From Bacilli bacterium (lineage in GTDB: Bacteria > Bacillota_I > Bacilli_A > RF39 > UBA660): DNA of 64,000 bases. The stretch covers positions 20,962 to 84,961 of the forward strand of contig JAZQNW010000006.1 of NCBI GenBank assembly GCA_045627525.1. Reading direction: 5' to 3'. Numbering within the stretch: position 1 is the stretch's first letter; each line of letters begins with the position of its first letter. The notes below the pieces were generated by a model that had not been told where the DNA came from, did not search any database, and saw only the letters and a list, made by a program, of their open reading frames with translations. The position numbers and the translations under genes are program-made. Positions 47,893-57,297 of the stretch are shown here, in pieces.

Positions 47893-48507
47893 ATGGCAAA
47901 GTTATTTTTTAGGTATGGAGCAATGAATAGTGGTAAAACGACATTATTGTTACAAGCTGCTCATAATTATGAAGAAAGAGGTATGGAGGTTTTAATTTTT
48001 AAACCAATTATTGATTCTAAAGGGGAAGATTTTTTAGTTTCTAGAATAGGTGCCAAAAGAAGAGTTGATCATTTAATAGAAAAAAATGAGAATATTTTTA
48101 AATATGTAAAAAATGTAGATAGGGATATTAAATGTATTTTAGTAGATGAAGCTCAATTTTTGGAAAGAGAACAAGTTGATCAGTTAATGATGATAGTTGT
48201 TAAACTTAATATACCAGTTATTTGTTTTGGACTTAGAACTGATTTTAAAGCTAATGGATTCCCGGGTTCTGTTCGATTATTAGAAATAGCTCACACTATA
48301 GAGGAAATGAAAACTATTTGTTCTTGTGGTAGAAAAGCTATGTATAATGGTAGAAAAGTAAATGGTAAATTTGTTTTTGATGGAGATCAGGTTGCAATAG
48401 ATGGGGAAGATAAAGTTACTTATGAGTCTCTTTGCCCATATTGTTATTATGATAAATTAGGAAAATATTTAAAATTAAAAGGAAGTAATATTTCTTTTAT
48501 GGAATAA
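47893..48507 (+). CDS. tdk: Thymidine kinase
   Basis: P-loop GAMNSGKTT and a C-terminal zinc ribbon (CSCGRKA...CPYC). ATG 47893 follows a GGAAGTGG RBS. Confidence 0.88.
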   Translation: MAKLFFRYGAMNSGKTTLLLQAAHNYEERGMEVLIFKPIIDSKGEDFLVSRIGAKRRVDHLIEKNENIFKYVKNVDRDIKCILVDEAQFLEREQVDQLMMIVVKLNIPVICFGLRTDFKANGFPGSVRLLEIAHTIEEMKTICSCGRKAMYNGRKVNGKFVFDGDQVAIDGEDKVTYESLCPYCYYDKLGKYLKLKGSNISFME

Positions 48508-48510
48508 AAA

Positions 48511-48535
48511 AAGAACTTAATGTTCTTTTTTTTCT
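48511..48535. terminator. Bidirectional terminator
   Basis: AAGAAC-ttaat-GTTCTT hairpin flanked by an A7 run and a T8 run. Confidence 0.65.
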
Positions 48536-49098
48536 ATGTATAAATTTTCTAATATTTTTGGATTATAGTTTTTTAAATCATTTATATTTTCTTCTGGTAT
48601 TAATATTTTATATGTAATGTTGTTATTAAAGGATTTACTAACTATTTTATAATTATTAAGAGTATATTCTAGGGTTTTTTGATTATCATAAGTAGTAGTT
48701 ATTTCAATTAAATAACCCTTTATTACTTCAATAACATTTGAAATGCTTAATGTTTCTTGTAATGATTTTGTATATGCTCTTACTAGGCCACCAGTACCTA
48801 ATTTAATACCGCCAAAGTAACGAACTGTTATTACTAATATATTAATTAATTCTTCTTTAATTAATATATTTAACATTGGAAGACCAGCTGTTCCACCTGG
48901 TTCACCATCATCACTTGATTTTTGATAATTTTCTAATATATAGGCATAACAGTAATGAGTAGCTTTTGGATAAAGAGTTTTAACATTATTTAATTTTTCC
49001 TTTATTTCTTCTAAATTATTTACTTTGTATATTAATGTTATAAATTTAGAATTTTTAATTATAATTTCACTTTTATAATTTTCCTTTACAGTTTTCAT
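48517..49098 (-). CDS. yigZ: IMPACT/YigZ family protein
   Basis: GEPGGTAGLPML...RYFGGIKLGTGGLVRAY signature. Confidence 0.85.
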   Translation of the reverse strand: MKTVKENYKSEIIIKNSKFITLIYKVNNLEEIKEKLNNVKTLYPKATHYCYAYILENYQKSSDDGEPGGTAGLPMLNILIKEELINILVITVRYFGGIKLGTGGLVRAYTKSLQETLSISNVIEVIKGYLIEITTTYDNQKTLEYTLNNYKIVSKSFNNNITYKILIPEENINDLKNYNPKILENLYIEKKEH

Positions 49099-49177
49099 GT
49101 AATCACCTAAATTTATTATACGTTATTTTATAGTTTATTTCTAGTTACTATGTTATAATTAATATGGAGGTTAGTGT

Positions 49178-50320
49178 ATGAAAAGAAATAATAAAGATCA
49201 GGGTGTTGATTATTCAAGCCTTAATGAAATATTATCTACGGGTAGCAAATTAGTACATATTGTTTATGTAGTAACAATTATAGTATTAATATTATTAGGT
49301 ACTTATCTATTAAGAGAATGGAAAATATTAGATCTTTTAGGAAAATTATTAGTTGTAATTTCACCAATATTTATTGGTATTATTATTGCTTGGTTATTTG
49401 ATCCTTTGGTTAGATGGCTACAAACAAAAAAAATACCAAGAATAGCTGGTTGTATTATTATATATCTTTTTTTGATAGGATTAATATTTTTAGTTTTATA
49501 TGCATTTTTTCCAATGCTTATAGGACAAGTTACTGATTTTATTGGTACTATCCCAGATTTATTAAAAGAGTTAAGACAATTTGCTGATAAGTTCTTCTCA
49601 TCTGTTCAAACTAGTGAATTTAATGTTGATAGTATTAAGAATGGTTTTTACAATTCGATGGAGACATTTGGAGCTAACTTGACTACGGATTTACCTAATA
49701 AGTTAATAAATGCTGGTAAGGCATTAATTAGTGGTGGAGCTAATTTTGTATTAGGACTTATGATAGGTTTTTATATGTTATTTGACTTTGATAAACTAAA
49801 TAAGAAAATTTTAAAATGTATTCCAAAAAGTTGGAAAGCTAATTATAAGGAATTAGCATCTAGATTAAATACTTCTTTAAGAAATTATGTTCAAGGTGTT
49901 TTCTTAATTATGTTTTTAGTGTTTGTTACACAAAGTATAGGACTTACAATAGCTGGTTTAAAGGCACCATTAGTATTTGCATTGTTCTGTGCTATTACTG
50001 ATATTATTCCATATTTTGGTCCATATATTGGAGCTATTCCTGCTGTGTTAGTTGGATTTACAATTTCACCAGCAACTGGAATATTCTGTATTATTTCTAT
50101 AGTTATTGTTCAAGTATTAGAAAATAATTTTTATCAACCATTAATTATGGGACACACTATGCAATTACATCCTGTTACTATTATGGTTGGACTATTGATT
50201 TTTGGGCATTTCTTTGGTATATTAGGTATGGTACTAGCAACACCTATAGTTGCTTGTATTAAAATTGTATTTATGTTTATTAATGAAAAATTGCATTTTA
50301 TGGAAGCAATTACTAAGTAA
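49178..50320 (+). CDS. AI-2E family transporter (UPF0118 / PerM-like permease)
   Basis: Eight hydrophobic helices and a conserved C-terminal region (ISPATGIF...VQVLENNFYQPLIMG...LHPVTIMVGLLIFGHFFGILGMVLATPI). Confidence 0.8.
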   Translation: MKRNNKDQGVDYSSLNEILSTGSKLVHIVYVVTIIVLILLGTYLLREWKILDLLGKLLVVISPIFIGIIIAWLFDPLVRWLQTKKIPRIAGCIIIYLFLIGLIFLVLYAFFPMLIGQVTDFIGTIPDLLKELRQFADKFFSSVQTSEFNVDSIKNGFYNSMETFGANLTTDLPNKLINAGKALISGGANFVLGLMIGFYMLFDFDKLNKKILKCIPKSWKANYKELASRLNTSLRNYVQGVFLIMFLVFVTQSIGLTIAGLKAPLVFALFCAITDIIPYFGPYIGAIPAVLVGFTISPATGIFCIISIVIVQVLENNFYQPLIMGHTMQLHPVTIMVGLLIFGHFFGILGMVLATPIVACIKIVFMFINEKLHFMEAITK

Positions 50321-50518
50321 TAAAATGTTGACTGAAGACGAGTATTAAGATAATTATTTTTTAGAGAGTTAGTGTTTGGTGTAAACTAATATATAATTCT
50401 TAAGAAGCTACTTCACGAGTTTTATCGGGATGACCGTTATGAAAATTAAGACCTAGATAGGATGGTACCGGACTTTGTCCTCCTATTGTAGGTCTTTTGT
50501 TTGTTTTAAGGAGGATTT
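50321..50518 (+). promoter_or_regulatory. Structured 5' leader with a T-box-like antiterminator module (helix, 7-nt UGGUACC bulge, helix) inside a long hairpin followed by a U-rich tract; candidate tRNA-responsive (Ala?) riboregulator
   Basis: TTGACT at 50328 with TAATTA 17 nt downstream is a plausible promoter. 50458-50470 reads ATAGGATGGTACC (T-box consensus AGGGUGGNACC), then GGAC-UUU-GUCC, then UCCUAU closing the first helix. The helix extends to ~14 bp (AGACCUAGAUAGGA / UCCUAUUGUAGGUCU with one bulged G) and is followed by UUUUGUUUGUUUU. GAAGCUA at 50423-50429 is a candidate GCU (Ala) specifier. UCCUCCU at 50478-50484 could alternatively pair with the AGGAGGA Shine-Dalgarno at 50509. Confidence 0.4.
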
Positions 50519-51067
50519 ATGAGGATAATTATCATTGGTGGGGCGGCTGGAAGTGGTAAGAATACTTTGGGAATATTATTAAAAGAACAACTTCAGGAAT
50601 ATGGCTATAAACCTTGTGTTATGAGACTAACTGAGACTTTATATTCATATGCTAAAAATTATTTTAATTGGAATGAATGCGAAGAGAAGCCACGTGAGTT
50701 TTTGCAAAAAATGGGTATTGAAATAATTAAAGAAAAATTAAATAAAAAGACTTTCTTAATAGATAGAACAATGGAAGATATAGAAATACTTAGTGAATTT
50801 TTTGATACTTTTATTATTACTGATGCTAGATTAAAAGAAGAATTTATTGAATTTGATAGAAGATTTAGTGATGTAACAAAAATACTTTTATTTAGAGAAA
50901 ATTATGATAATGGATTAGATGAGTCGTTGAGAAATCATATTACAGAAAAAGATTTGAATGACTTTGATGATTTTGATTATAAAATAAAAAATACTGATAT
51001 AGACGAGCTTCGTGAAGAAGCTAAATATATTGTTAAGCATTTAGAAAGAGGTGGAAATAATGAATAA
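50519..51067 (+). CDS. P-loop nucleotide kinase, dNMP-kinase-like
   Basis: MRIIIIGGAAGSGKNTLG Walker A at the very N-terminus; ~180 aa; architecture resembles phage-type deoxynucleotide monophosphate kinases. Confidence 0.5.
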   Translation: MRIIIIGGAAGSGKNTLGILLKEQLQEYGYKPCVMRLTETLYSYAKNYFNWNECEEKPREFLQKMGIEIIKEKLNKKTFLIDRTMEDIEILSEFFDTFIITDARLKEEFIEFDRRFSDVTKILLFRENYDNGLDESLRNHITEKDLNDFDDFDYKIKNTDIDELREEAKYIVKHLERGGNNE

Positions 51068-51620
51068 ATTAATAGCAGTAGTAGGAATGGCAGGTAGTGG
51101 TAAATCTGTTGCGACTGATTATTTAGAGAATGAAGGATGGAGGAAGATTTATTTTGGAGGAGTCGTTTTAGATAAACTTAAAGAAAATAATTTAGAAGAT
51201 ACACCAGCCAATGAAAAAATGATGCGTGAAAAATTAAGAAAAGATTATGGTATGGCTGCGATGGCTGTTGTTTTATTACCTAAAATAGAGGAATCTATTA
51301 AGAATAATAATACTATTTTAGATGGTTTATATTCATGGGATGAATATGTAGTTTTACATGAAAAATTTGGTGATAAATTAAAATTAATTTGTGTAGTTTG
51401 CGATAAAGACATAAGACATGAAAGAATTGCGAATAGACCAAATAGACCTTTTAATAAAGAAGAAATTGATATAAGAGATACATCTGAAATTGAAAATTTA
51501 GCTAAGGGTGGTCCTATTGCTTATGCAGATTATTATATATTTAATAATGGGACAGTTGATGATTATGAAAAAAGATTATTAGAAATATTAGATGATATAG
51601 ATAAACATGAAGGGAAGTAA
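51060..51620 (+). CDS. P-loop nucleotide kinase, dNMP-kinase-like (second tandem copy)
   Basis: KLIAVVGMAGSGKSVATDYLENEGW N-terminal Walker A and the same size class. ATG 51060 follows a GAGGTGG RBS. Confidence 0.5.
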   Translation: MNKLIAVVGMAGSGKSVATDYLENEGWRKIYFGGVVLDKLKENNLEDTPANEKMMREKLRKDYGMAAMAVVLLPKIEESIKNNNTILDGLYSWDEYVVLHEKFGDKLKLICVVCDKDIRHERIANRPNRPFNKEEIDIRDTSEIENLAKGGPIAYADYYIFNNGTVDDYEKRLLEILDDIDKHEGK

Positions 51621-51625
51621 TATAT

Positions 51626-54319
51626 ATGAAGTATATGAGTCATGATGATATAAGAAATACATGGTTTAGATTTTTTGAAGAAAAAAAGCATAAGAGAATT
51701 GAAAGTGCTTCATTGATACCAGTTGATGATGATAGTTTGTTATGGGTTAATGCTGGAGTTACACCATTAAAAAAATATTTTGATGGTTCTATAGTTCCAG
51801 AATCTAGAAGAATGGTTGATATTCAAAAATGTATTAGAACAAATGATATTGATAATGTGGGTGTTACAAAAAGACATCAAACATTTTTTGAGATGATGGG
51901 TAATTTTTCAGTTGGAGATTATTTTAAAGATGAAGCTATTGCTTATTCTTGGGAATTATTAACTAGTGATAAATATTTTGGCATTGATAAGAATTTATTA
52001 TATGTTACAATTTATCCTACTGATGAGGAAGCAAGAAAAAAATGGATTGAAGTTGGAATGATTGAAGATCACATTGTACCATTAGAAGAAAATTTTTGGG
52101 AAATTGGTGAAGGGCCTTGTGGTCCAGACTCCGAACTTTTTTATGACAGAGGAGAAAAATATGATCCAGATGGTGATGCATTAGAAAAGTTTAAAAAAGA
52201 TGAGGATCAAGAAAGATATATTGAAATTTGGAACAATGTATTTAGTCAATATAATTCTAAAGCAGGTAAAAAACGTAGTGAATATGAAGAATTGCCTAGT
52301 AAGAATATTGATACGGGTGCTGGCTTGGAAAGATGGTGTTGTATATTTCAAAATGCTGATAGTAGTTTTGAAACAGATTTATTTCAACCTATTATTAGAC
52401 ATATAGAAGAATTAGCAGGGGCTTTATATTGTGGCCAAAAGGAATATAAAATAATTGCTGATCATATTAGAGCTATTACTTTTGCTTTGGCAGATGGTGC
52501 TTCTTTTGAAAATGTTGGTCGTGGATATGTTCTTAGAAGACTTTTAAGACGAAGTGTTAGAGTTGGGAAACAATTAGAACTAGAATGTCCATTTATGTAT
52601 AAACTTGTTTCTGATGTTGTTGATGTTATGAAAGATGCTTATCCATACTTAGTTGAAAAAAGACCTTTTATTGAAACTATAGTTTTAGAAGAAGAAAAAT
52701 TATTTTTGAAGACTTTGGATGCTGGAGAAAGACGTTTAAGACAAGTTGTAAAAAATTCAAATGATGGTGTTATTAGTGGCGAAGAAGCTTTCAAATTATA
52801 TGATACTTATGGTTTTCCATTTGAATTAACTTTAGAATATTTGAATGAACTTGGCTATACTGTTTCTAAGGAAGAATTTGATAAATATATGAACATTCAA
52901 AAAGAAACTGCTAGAAAAAATACTAAAAATATTAGTGCTATGGCTAGTCAAAAAAAGGTATTATTAGAGTTTAAAGACAAAAGTCAATTTGCTTATGGAA
53001 TATATAGATTAAAGAGTCATGTTATTGCTATTTTCTCAAAAGATGAAATAGTTTCTAAATTGACTCATGATGGATATATAGCTTTAGATAGAACTTGTTT
53101 TTATGCTGAGGCAGGTGGGCAAGTAAGTGATACTGGTATGATTATTGGTAAAACATTTAAAGCTAGAGTTTTGGATGTATTTAAAGCTCCAAATGGTCAA
53201 CATATACATAAGGTAAAACTTTTAGATGGAGTAATTAATGCTTCAGATGAATGTGAACTTGTAATTGATAAAGATAGACGAAGAAAAATAGAAAATAATC
53301 ATTCTAGTGTTCATATTCTTCAATATGCTTTGCAACAAGTTATATCAAATAATATTAAACAAGCTGGTAGTTATGTTGATGATGAAAAATTAAGATTTGA
53401 TTTTACTTATTCTGGAAAAATTACTGATGATATATTAGTAGAAGTTGAAAAGTATGTTAATAATATGATTGATAAGCAACTAATAGTTTCTACTGAAGTT
53501 ATGCCATTAGATAAGGCTAAAAAAATGGGAGCTATGGCTTTATTTGATGAAAAATATGGTGATAATGTTAGAGTTGTAAAAATTGGTAAATCTATGGAAC
53601 TATGTGGTGGTACCCATACTTCTAATACAAAAGAAATTGGTCGTTTTGCGATTTATTCATGGGAATCTAAAGGAAGTAATATTTATAGAGTAGAAGCTGC
53701 TACTGGTTCTAGAATTGAAAGAGTTATGTTAGAGGTTGCAAAACCATATAATGATGAATTAATAAAATTATTAGTAAAAGCTAAAAATATTTTAGATATG
53801 GCTAAATCAGAGAAGATAAAATTAAATTTTGATATTGATATTCAAAATAAAAAGATTAATTCATATAAAGATTTAATAATTAGTAAAAATGAACTTTTAT
53901 ATGTTCAACAAGAAGTAAGAGATTTAGAAAAAAAATTCAATTCTTTAAGGGAACAAAAGTCTTTACAAAATTTAGATGAATATGAAAAAAATGTAAAAGA
54001 TTATAATGGAACATTAGGTTTAATTATGAAAGTTGAAAATAAAGATTCTAATCTTTTAAAAGCTATTGCTGATTCTTTGATTCAAATTATGGGTAATGGT
54101 TTAGTATTCTTCGCAAATGTAAAAGATAATAATAGCATTAACTTTATTTGTCGTAGTAATTGTCATGTTAATGCTGAAATGGCTATTAAAAGTGCTTCTA
54201 TTATGGCTGATGGTAATGGTGGAGGAAGTCCAACTTTTGCTCAAGGTGGAGGAAAAGACATTAATAAATTAGACGAAATATTTGAACATATTGGAAAGAT
54301 GATTTATGACGAAAAGTAA
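51626..54319 (+). CDS. alaS: Alanine--tRNA ligase
   Basis: Class II AlaRS N-terminus (FRFFEEKKHKRIESASLIP...LLWVNAGV), an editing domain with HSSVH / CGGTH zinc motifs and a C-terminal DHHA1 domain; 897 aa. Confidence 0.93.
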   Translation: MKYMSHDDIRNTWFRFFEEKKHKRIESASLIPVDDDSLLWVNAGVTPLKKYFDGSIVPESRRMVDIQKCIRTNDIDNVGVTKRHQTFFEMMGNFSVGDYFKDEAIAYSWELLTSDKYFGIDKNLLYVTIYPTDEEARKKWIEVGMIEDHIVPLEENFWEIGEGPCGPDSELFYDRGEKYDPDGDALEKFKKDEDQERYIEIWNNVFSQYNSKAGKKRSEYEELPSKNIDTGAGLERWCCIFQNADSSFETDLFQPIIRHIEELAGALYCGQKEYKIIADHIRAITFALADGASFENVGRGYVLRRLLRRSVRVGKQLELECPFMYKLVSDVVDVMKDAYPYLVEKRPFIETIVLEEEKLFLKTLDAGERRLRQVVKNSNDGVISGEEAFKLYDTYGFPFELTLEYLNELGYTVSKEEFDKYMNIQKETARKNTKNISAMASQKKVLLEFKDKSQFAYGIYRLKSHVIAIFSKDEIVSKLTHDGYIALDRTCFYAEAGGQVSDTGMIIGKTFKARVLDVFKAPNGQHIHKVKLLDGVINASDECELVIDKDRRRKIENNHSSVHILQYALQQVISNNIKQAGSYVDDEKLRFDFTYSGKITDDILVEVEKYVNNMIDKQLIVSTEVMPLDKAKKMGAMALFDEKYGDNVRVVKIGKSMELCGGTHTSNTKEIGRFAIYSWESKGSNIYRVEAATGSRIERVMLEVAKPYNDELIKLLVKAKNILDMAKSEKIKLNFDIDIQNKKINSYKDLIISKNELLYVQQEVRDLEKKFNSLREQKSLQNLDEYEKNVKDYNGTLGLIMKVENKDSNLLKAIADSLIQIMGNGLVFFANVKDNNSINFICRSNCHVNAEMAIKSASIMADGNGGGSPTFAQGGGKDINKLDEIFEHIGKMIYDEK

Positions 54320-55244
54320 TTATTTAGTAGAAGGCAATGATTTCATATCTGTTCAAAATGTTATAAAAGATCTTATAATTAAAAATAATTTTAGTGGTGT
54401 AGATATTAATTCTTATGATATGGATGATGTTTCTTTAGATTTAGCTTTAGAAGATTTAGATACTTATGGTTTGTTTTCTAATAAAAAGATAATTATTATA
54501 AATAATATTGAATCTATTAATCAGGAAGAAAATAAAAAAAATATTGATCATTTATATCAATATTTGGATAATGCTAGTGGTGATAATTTATTAATAATTT
54601 GTAGTAAAAAATTAAATAATACTTTAAAATTTACTAAAGAATTAAAGAAACGCTTAGAATATGTTAAAGCTGAATTAAATAGTTTGGAATTTATAAAAGC
54701 AGAATTAAAAGATTATAAATTAGATCCAGGAGTTTCTAATTTGATATTAGAGTATTGTGGTGATGATATTACTAAAATTTTAAATGAATGTTTAAAGTTA
54801 AAAAACTATAAATTGAAAGATAAAAAAATATCTAAAAATGATATTAGTGATATTTGTATAAAAAAATTAGGTGATCCTACTGAATTAACGTTTGCTTTTA
54901 GTAGATCTTTAGCTGAACGAAATAAGAAAGAGGCATTATTAAAATATCATGAATTATTAGATTATAATGTTGAGCCTCTTGGTATAATAGGTCTTTTAGC
55001 AAGTCAAATAAGAATTATTTATCAAGTTAAAATATTATTAGATGAAGGAATGTCAAAAGATGAAATAGCTAATCAGTTGGATGTTAAGGCTTTTAGAATT
55101 ACAAAGACTATGGAATTATTAAAGTATTATTCTTCTAAAGAATTATTGAATTTATTAGTTAAATTACAAAAGATAGATTTACAAATAAAAACAACTAATG
55201 TTGATGCTAATCATTTGATAGAAATGTTTATTTTAAATATTTAA
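54306..55244 (+). CDS. holA: DNA polymerase III delta subunit
   Basis: YLVEGNDFIS... N-terminus and LFSNKKIIIINN box; 312 aa. The start overlaps the alaS stop by 14 nt. Confidence 0.7.
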   Translation: MTKSNYLVEGNDFISVQNVIKDLIIKNNFSGVDINSYDMDDVSLDLALEDLDTYGLFSNKKIIIINNIESINQEENKKNIDHLYQYLDNASGDNLLIICSKKLNNTLKFTKELKKRLEYVKAELNSLEFIKAELKDYKLDPGVSNLILEYCGDDITKILNECLKLKNYKLKDKKISKNDISDICIKKLGDPTELTFAFSRSLAERNKKEALLKYHELLDYNVEPLGIIGLLASQIRIIYQVKILLDEGMSKDEIANQLDVKAFRITKTMELLKYYSSKELLNLLVKLQKIDLQIKTTNVDANHLIEMFILNI

Positions 55245-55331
55245 TGAAAACATGTAAATTATTTAAAAGTTTACATGTTTTTTATTGTATTAGTATTATT
55301 GAAATGATAAAATTAATTCAAGAGAATAGAG

Positions 55332-56333
55332 ATGTATTTTATGGAAAAAGAAAAGTTTGAACATGCCAAAGAACAATTTTTAATTGATGATAAAATATTA
55401 AAAACAAAAACAAAGAGAATTAAACGTATTATTACCATTATATATTTATGTATTTATTTTTCTTTCTTGTTTTATTACATCTATAATCGATTATATATTC
55501 AAGTCGGTGATATTGCAGTTGCAATTTTTCTTCCATTGTTTGGATTTGCATTTGGTTTTATATTTTTTATTATTATTGGATTCATAGTTATTGAATTATT
55601 AACAAAAAAAGATGCAAAGAAACGTAATTCTTCTTATGCTGAATATAATAGATTATTTAAAGAAGTTTATGTTGCAGAGACCTTAAAAAAGACTTTTGAT
55701 AATCTTGTATATGATTCAAATAAGGGATTAGACGAAGAAGTACTTAAAGCTACTCATATGATATATACTGGTGATATTTATAGTTCTAATGATTATGCTG
55801 AAGGTACATATAAAAATGTAAGATTTAGACAAGCCGATGTTCATATAGAAGAAGAGAGAGAAGAAACAGACAAAGATGGAAATACAAGGACATACTATGT
55901 AACTATTTTTTATGGTAAATGGATGATATTTGATTTTAATAAGAACTTTAAATCAAATATCTTAATAGAACCGGGGATTGCTAGAAAATATGGTTCTGTG
56001 CTTCCTAAATTTAAATGCGTTGAAACAGAGTCTGAAGAATTTAATAAACATTTTTTTATTCAAGCTGATGATTTACATGATGCTTTTTATATACTTACCC
56101 CACAGTTTATGGAAGAAGTATTAGTTCTTAATGCCAAAAATAAAAAGGATTTAACGATGTGTTTTTATAATAATCAATTATTTATAGGACTTGATAATGG
56201 AAAAGATTCTTTTGAATTAGATTTGAAAAATAATAAAAGTGAGCAGGAAATTATTGATGATATTTATAATGATATAAAAACGATAACTCAGTTTATAGAT
56301 GGATTACAATTAGATAATCAATTATTTAAATAA
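55332..56333 (+). CDS. Membrane protein, DUF3137-like, paralogue 1
   Basis: Two TM helices then a conserved domain (YTGDIYSSNDY..G.YKNV.F.QADVHIEEE...DGNT.TYYVTIF.GKWMIFDFNK), paralogous to 56347..57294. Pairing with LemA is a common arrangement. Confidence 0.55.
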   Translation: MYFMEKEKFEHAKEQFLIDDKILKTKTKRIKRIITIIYLCIYFSFLFYYIYNRLYIQVGDIAVAIFLPLFGFAFGFIFFIIIGFIVIELLTKKDAKKRNSSYAEYNRLFKEVYVAETLKKTFDNLVYDSNKGLDEEVLKATHMIYTGDIYSSNDYAEGTYKNVRFRQADVHIEEEREETDKDGNTRTYYVTIFYGKWMIFDFNKNFKSNILIEPGIARKYGSVLPKFKCVETESEEFNKHFFIQADDLHDAFYILTPQFMEEVLVLNAKNKKDLTMCFYNNQLFIGLDNGKDSFELDLKNNKSEQEIIDDIYNDIKTITQFIDGLQLDNQLFK

Positions 56334-56346
56334 CTTGGAGGTATTT

Positions 56347-57294
56347 ATGAATAATAATCAAAATATTGATAATGAAATAAAAAATACAAAAATTGTTACT
56401 TTTGAAGAATTAGAAGAGTCTAGAATAAAATATAGAAATACTATTTTAATATGTATTTTAGTAGTTATTGGAATTACTGCTTTAATATTGGCTTTCAACA
56501 TAGATTCAACATTTTTACCTTTTGTTATAATATTATTTGTTGTTATTTCAGTATTTATTTGTTCTAAACCTAATAAAAAATATAAAAGTAATTTTAAGGA
56601 TTATTTTGTTAAAGCGTCTTTAAATAATATATTTACTGATTTAGTATATAAACCGGATTCTGGTATTTCAAGAGATGTTATTGCTAGTACTGGTATGATG
56701 TATATGGGGGATATTTATACTTCAAATGATTATATATCCGGTAAATATAAGAACATTAATGTTGTTCAAGCTGATGTTCATATTCAAGAAGAACATCAAA
56801 CTACAGATTCAGATGGTAATACTACAACAACATATGTAACTATATTTAAAGGTAGATGGATGATATTTGACTTTAATAAAACATTTAAGGCTAATGTTCA
56901 AGTATGCCAAAAGGGATTTGGAAATAATAAAGTAAATACGTTATTTTCAAAATCTAGGTATCAAAAAGTAGAAATGGAGTCAGATGATTTCAATAAAAGA
57001 TTTAAAACTTATGCTCAAGATCCACATGATGCTTTTTATATATTAACGCCATCTTTAATGGAAAAAATAACTAGATTAGATGATAATAATAAAGGAAAAT
57101 TGTTATTATGTTTTATAAATAATCAGTTACATGTTGGTATTTATGATAATAAAGATTCTTTTGAACCAACTAGTTGTTTTAAGAAACTTGATATTAATAA
57201 AATATCTACTATGATATCTACAGATATTAGTAAAATTACTATGTTTGTTGATGAATTAAATTTAGATAATGATTTATTTCGAAAGGGGGTGTAG
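56347..57294 (+). CDS. Membrane protein, DUF3137-like, paralogue 2
   Basis: ATG 56347 follows a GGAGG RBS. Same domain pattern (MYMGDIYTSNDY..GKYKNINVVQADVHIQEE). Confidence 0.55.
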   Translation: MNNNQNIDNEIKNTKIVTFEELEESRIKYRNTILICILVVIGITALILAFNIDSTFLPFVIILFVVISVFICSKPNKKYKSNFKDYFVKASLNNIFTDLVYKPDSGISRDVIASTGMMYMGDIYTSNDYISGKYKNINVVQADVHIQEEHQTTDSDGNTTTTYVTIFKGRWMIFDFNKTFKANVQVCQKGFGNNKVNTLFSKSRYQKVEMESDDFNKRFKTYAQDPHDAFYILTPSLMEKITRLDDNNKGKLLLCFINNQLHVGIYDNKDSFEPTSCFKKLDINKISTMISTDISKITMFVDELNLDNDLFRKGV

Positions 57295-57297
57295 TAA

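Noticed and set aside
50448-50506. Reading the 14-bp hairpin plus U-tract simply as the intrinsic terminator of the upstream AI-2E transporter gene
   Set aside because: Not fully rejected. It lies ~130 nt past the stop, downstream of a plausible TTGACT promoter, and its top matches the T-box antiterminator module closely, so I report it as a candidate regulatory leader while noting this simpler alternative.
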